Source: Octopus sinensis (Eukaryota). From it: a stretch of 21,293 nucleotides of DNA. How positions within the stretch are numbered: the first letter of the stretch is position 1; every line of letters starts with the position of its first letter. Below are positions 20,154 to 21,293 of this stretch, one piece after another. The position numbers and the translations under genes were made by a program. The stretch covers positions 1-21,293 of the forward strand of contig NW_021824013.1 in assembly GCF_006345805.1 (NCBI RefSeq), given 5' to 3'. Below the pieces are notes generated by a model. It saw nothing but the letters and a program-made list of their open reading frames with translations, made no database searches and was not told the origin of the DNA.

Positions 20154-20180
20154 TCTGTGGTGAGCTGTGCATGTGTATAT
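18147..20180. repeat. series of (AT)n, (GT)n, (CT)n, (CTA)n and (CA)n microsatellites (main tracts ~18147-18315, 18706-18867, 19445-19560, 19642-19772, 19800-20175)
   Basis: Directly visible. Confidence 0.9.
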
Positions 20181-20849
20181 ACGTATATATATGTATTTAA
20201 GTAAACTTGCTTAATAATTTTCGGTGAGAATGGAAAATTGCTGTGGAATAAGAAATAAAAAGAAAACATTTCTTAATTACCTAATTAATTTCAATAATTT
20301 TCTTAATTAAATTGTAGTTCTTTCCTTCTGAATCATTTCTGAGAAAATGCAGAGAAAAATGAAAGATTGCAAATATATTTTAATCCTGGCAACGGATTAT
20401 TATTTCTAAACTGTTAGATTCTAATATTTTTGTCAATCAAATTAAATATCCAAAAATTAATTGATAAAGATTAATCGGTAAATCTGGGTATCTAGCTAGC
20501 TATCTTACCGGGTACGAAGCTTGCTACCAAACTAATAACCTCAGCAGCCTGCCTAATGTTTTCGTTGCCAACACATCGACGGAACAACACTAATTCGATG
20601 AGATATCTAAAAACTGAATCCTGAATTTTGCTCAGATCTCAGGCTTCTGTCTTTAAATGTAATTATATATCGGATTAGGCTGAGCCACTGTTTGCAAATA
20701 AAGTATTGTGTTGAATCAGTGTAATTATAGACCTGTTTTACGAGGCCTGATCCGGAACTAAACAGCAACAACGCAAATGGCATCAACCTGCGTTGCAATT
20801 GCTTCGCCACAAATACTCAAACCGTTCCTGGGTTGAGTCAAAAGTTTTG

Positions 20850-21293
20850 CCATATTTTGGTAACTTCTTTGCTTCACTCGTCAAGTTACAACAAAAGCTG
20901 AATTAGGGGCCATCGTGTTGCGCTGTCTGAAGCCACCTTTTTTGCCAGTTCTTTGATTCCACGCTGATACCAGTTCTTGTTCCTCACTGAAGAGTTCATC
21001 TTCTCTCGGTTGATGAAGCGAAATAAACTCATGAGTTGAGACATGGATCGGAACAAGTAACATTTATCCTGAACAAACTCCAACCCTACATCCTTTGAGA
21101 ACGTTGAACCTAGGTCAAGCCTCTTTTTCATCTCATGCATATTCTTTGCATAAAGTTTTAAGACATCCACAAAGAAACAGTGTGCAATTTTGGCTTTTCT
21201 GTTTCCTTATGAACCAGTGGGATATCCTTCAGACTTCCTTAACAAGAATGACAAAGGGTTTACAGAAAGTATAAACAACACCACAGGGAGGCT
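20850..21293 (-). mobile_element. RT fragment of a further R4/Dong-like LINE subfamily, runs off the window end
   Basis: Minus strand from 21293: SLPVVLFILSVNPLSFLLRKSEGY...*...IAHCFFVDVLKLYAKN...LDLGSTFSKDVGLEFVQDKC, the QGDSLS..LF...PLS..L / H..F.DDLKLY / F..DIG.EF...KC segment of RT, with the second catalytic D lost. The boundary below ~21050 is uncertain. Confidence 0.85.

Overview
Eukaryotic, repeat-saturated non-coding DNA (intergenic or a large intron). I found no intact protein-coding gene, tRNA, rRNA or CRISPR array. The repeat families match, from memory, those typical of Octopus / coleoid cephalopod genomes; this is an inference, not a database result. Contents: (i) six decayed fragments of R4/Dong-like non-LTR retrotransposons (RT, CCHC knuckle, restriction-like endonuclease) from several subfamilies, most abutting trinucleotide microsatellites; (ii) two tRNA-derived SINE families, here called A and B, with B apparently carrying an internal dinucleotide microsatellite; (iii) a possible Tc1/mariner-pogo-type terminus; (iv) abundant di-, tri- and tetranucleotide microsatellites that explain nearly all ORFs in the track; (v) a ~1.15-kb tandem duplication whose differences look like long-read homopolymer errors; (vi) an unexplained nested palindrome at 17.6-18.15 kb, the most unusual structure seen.
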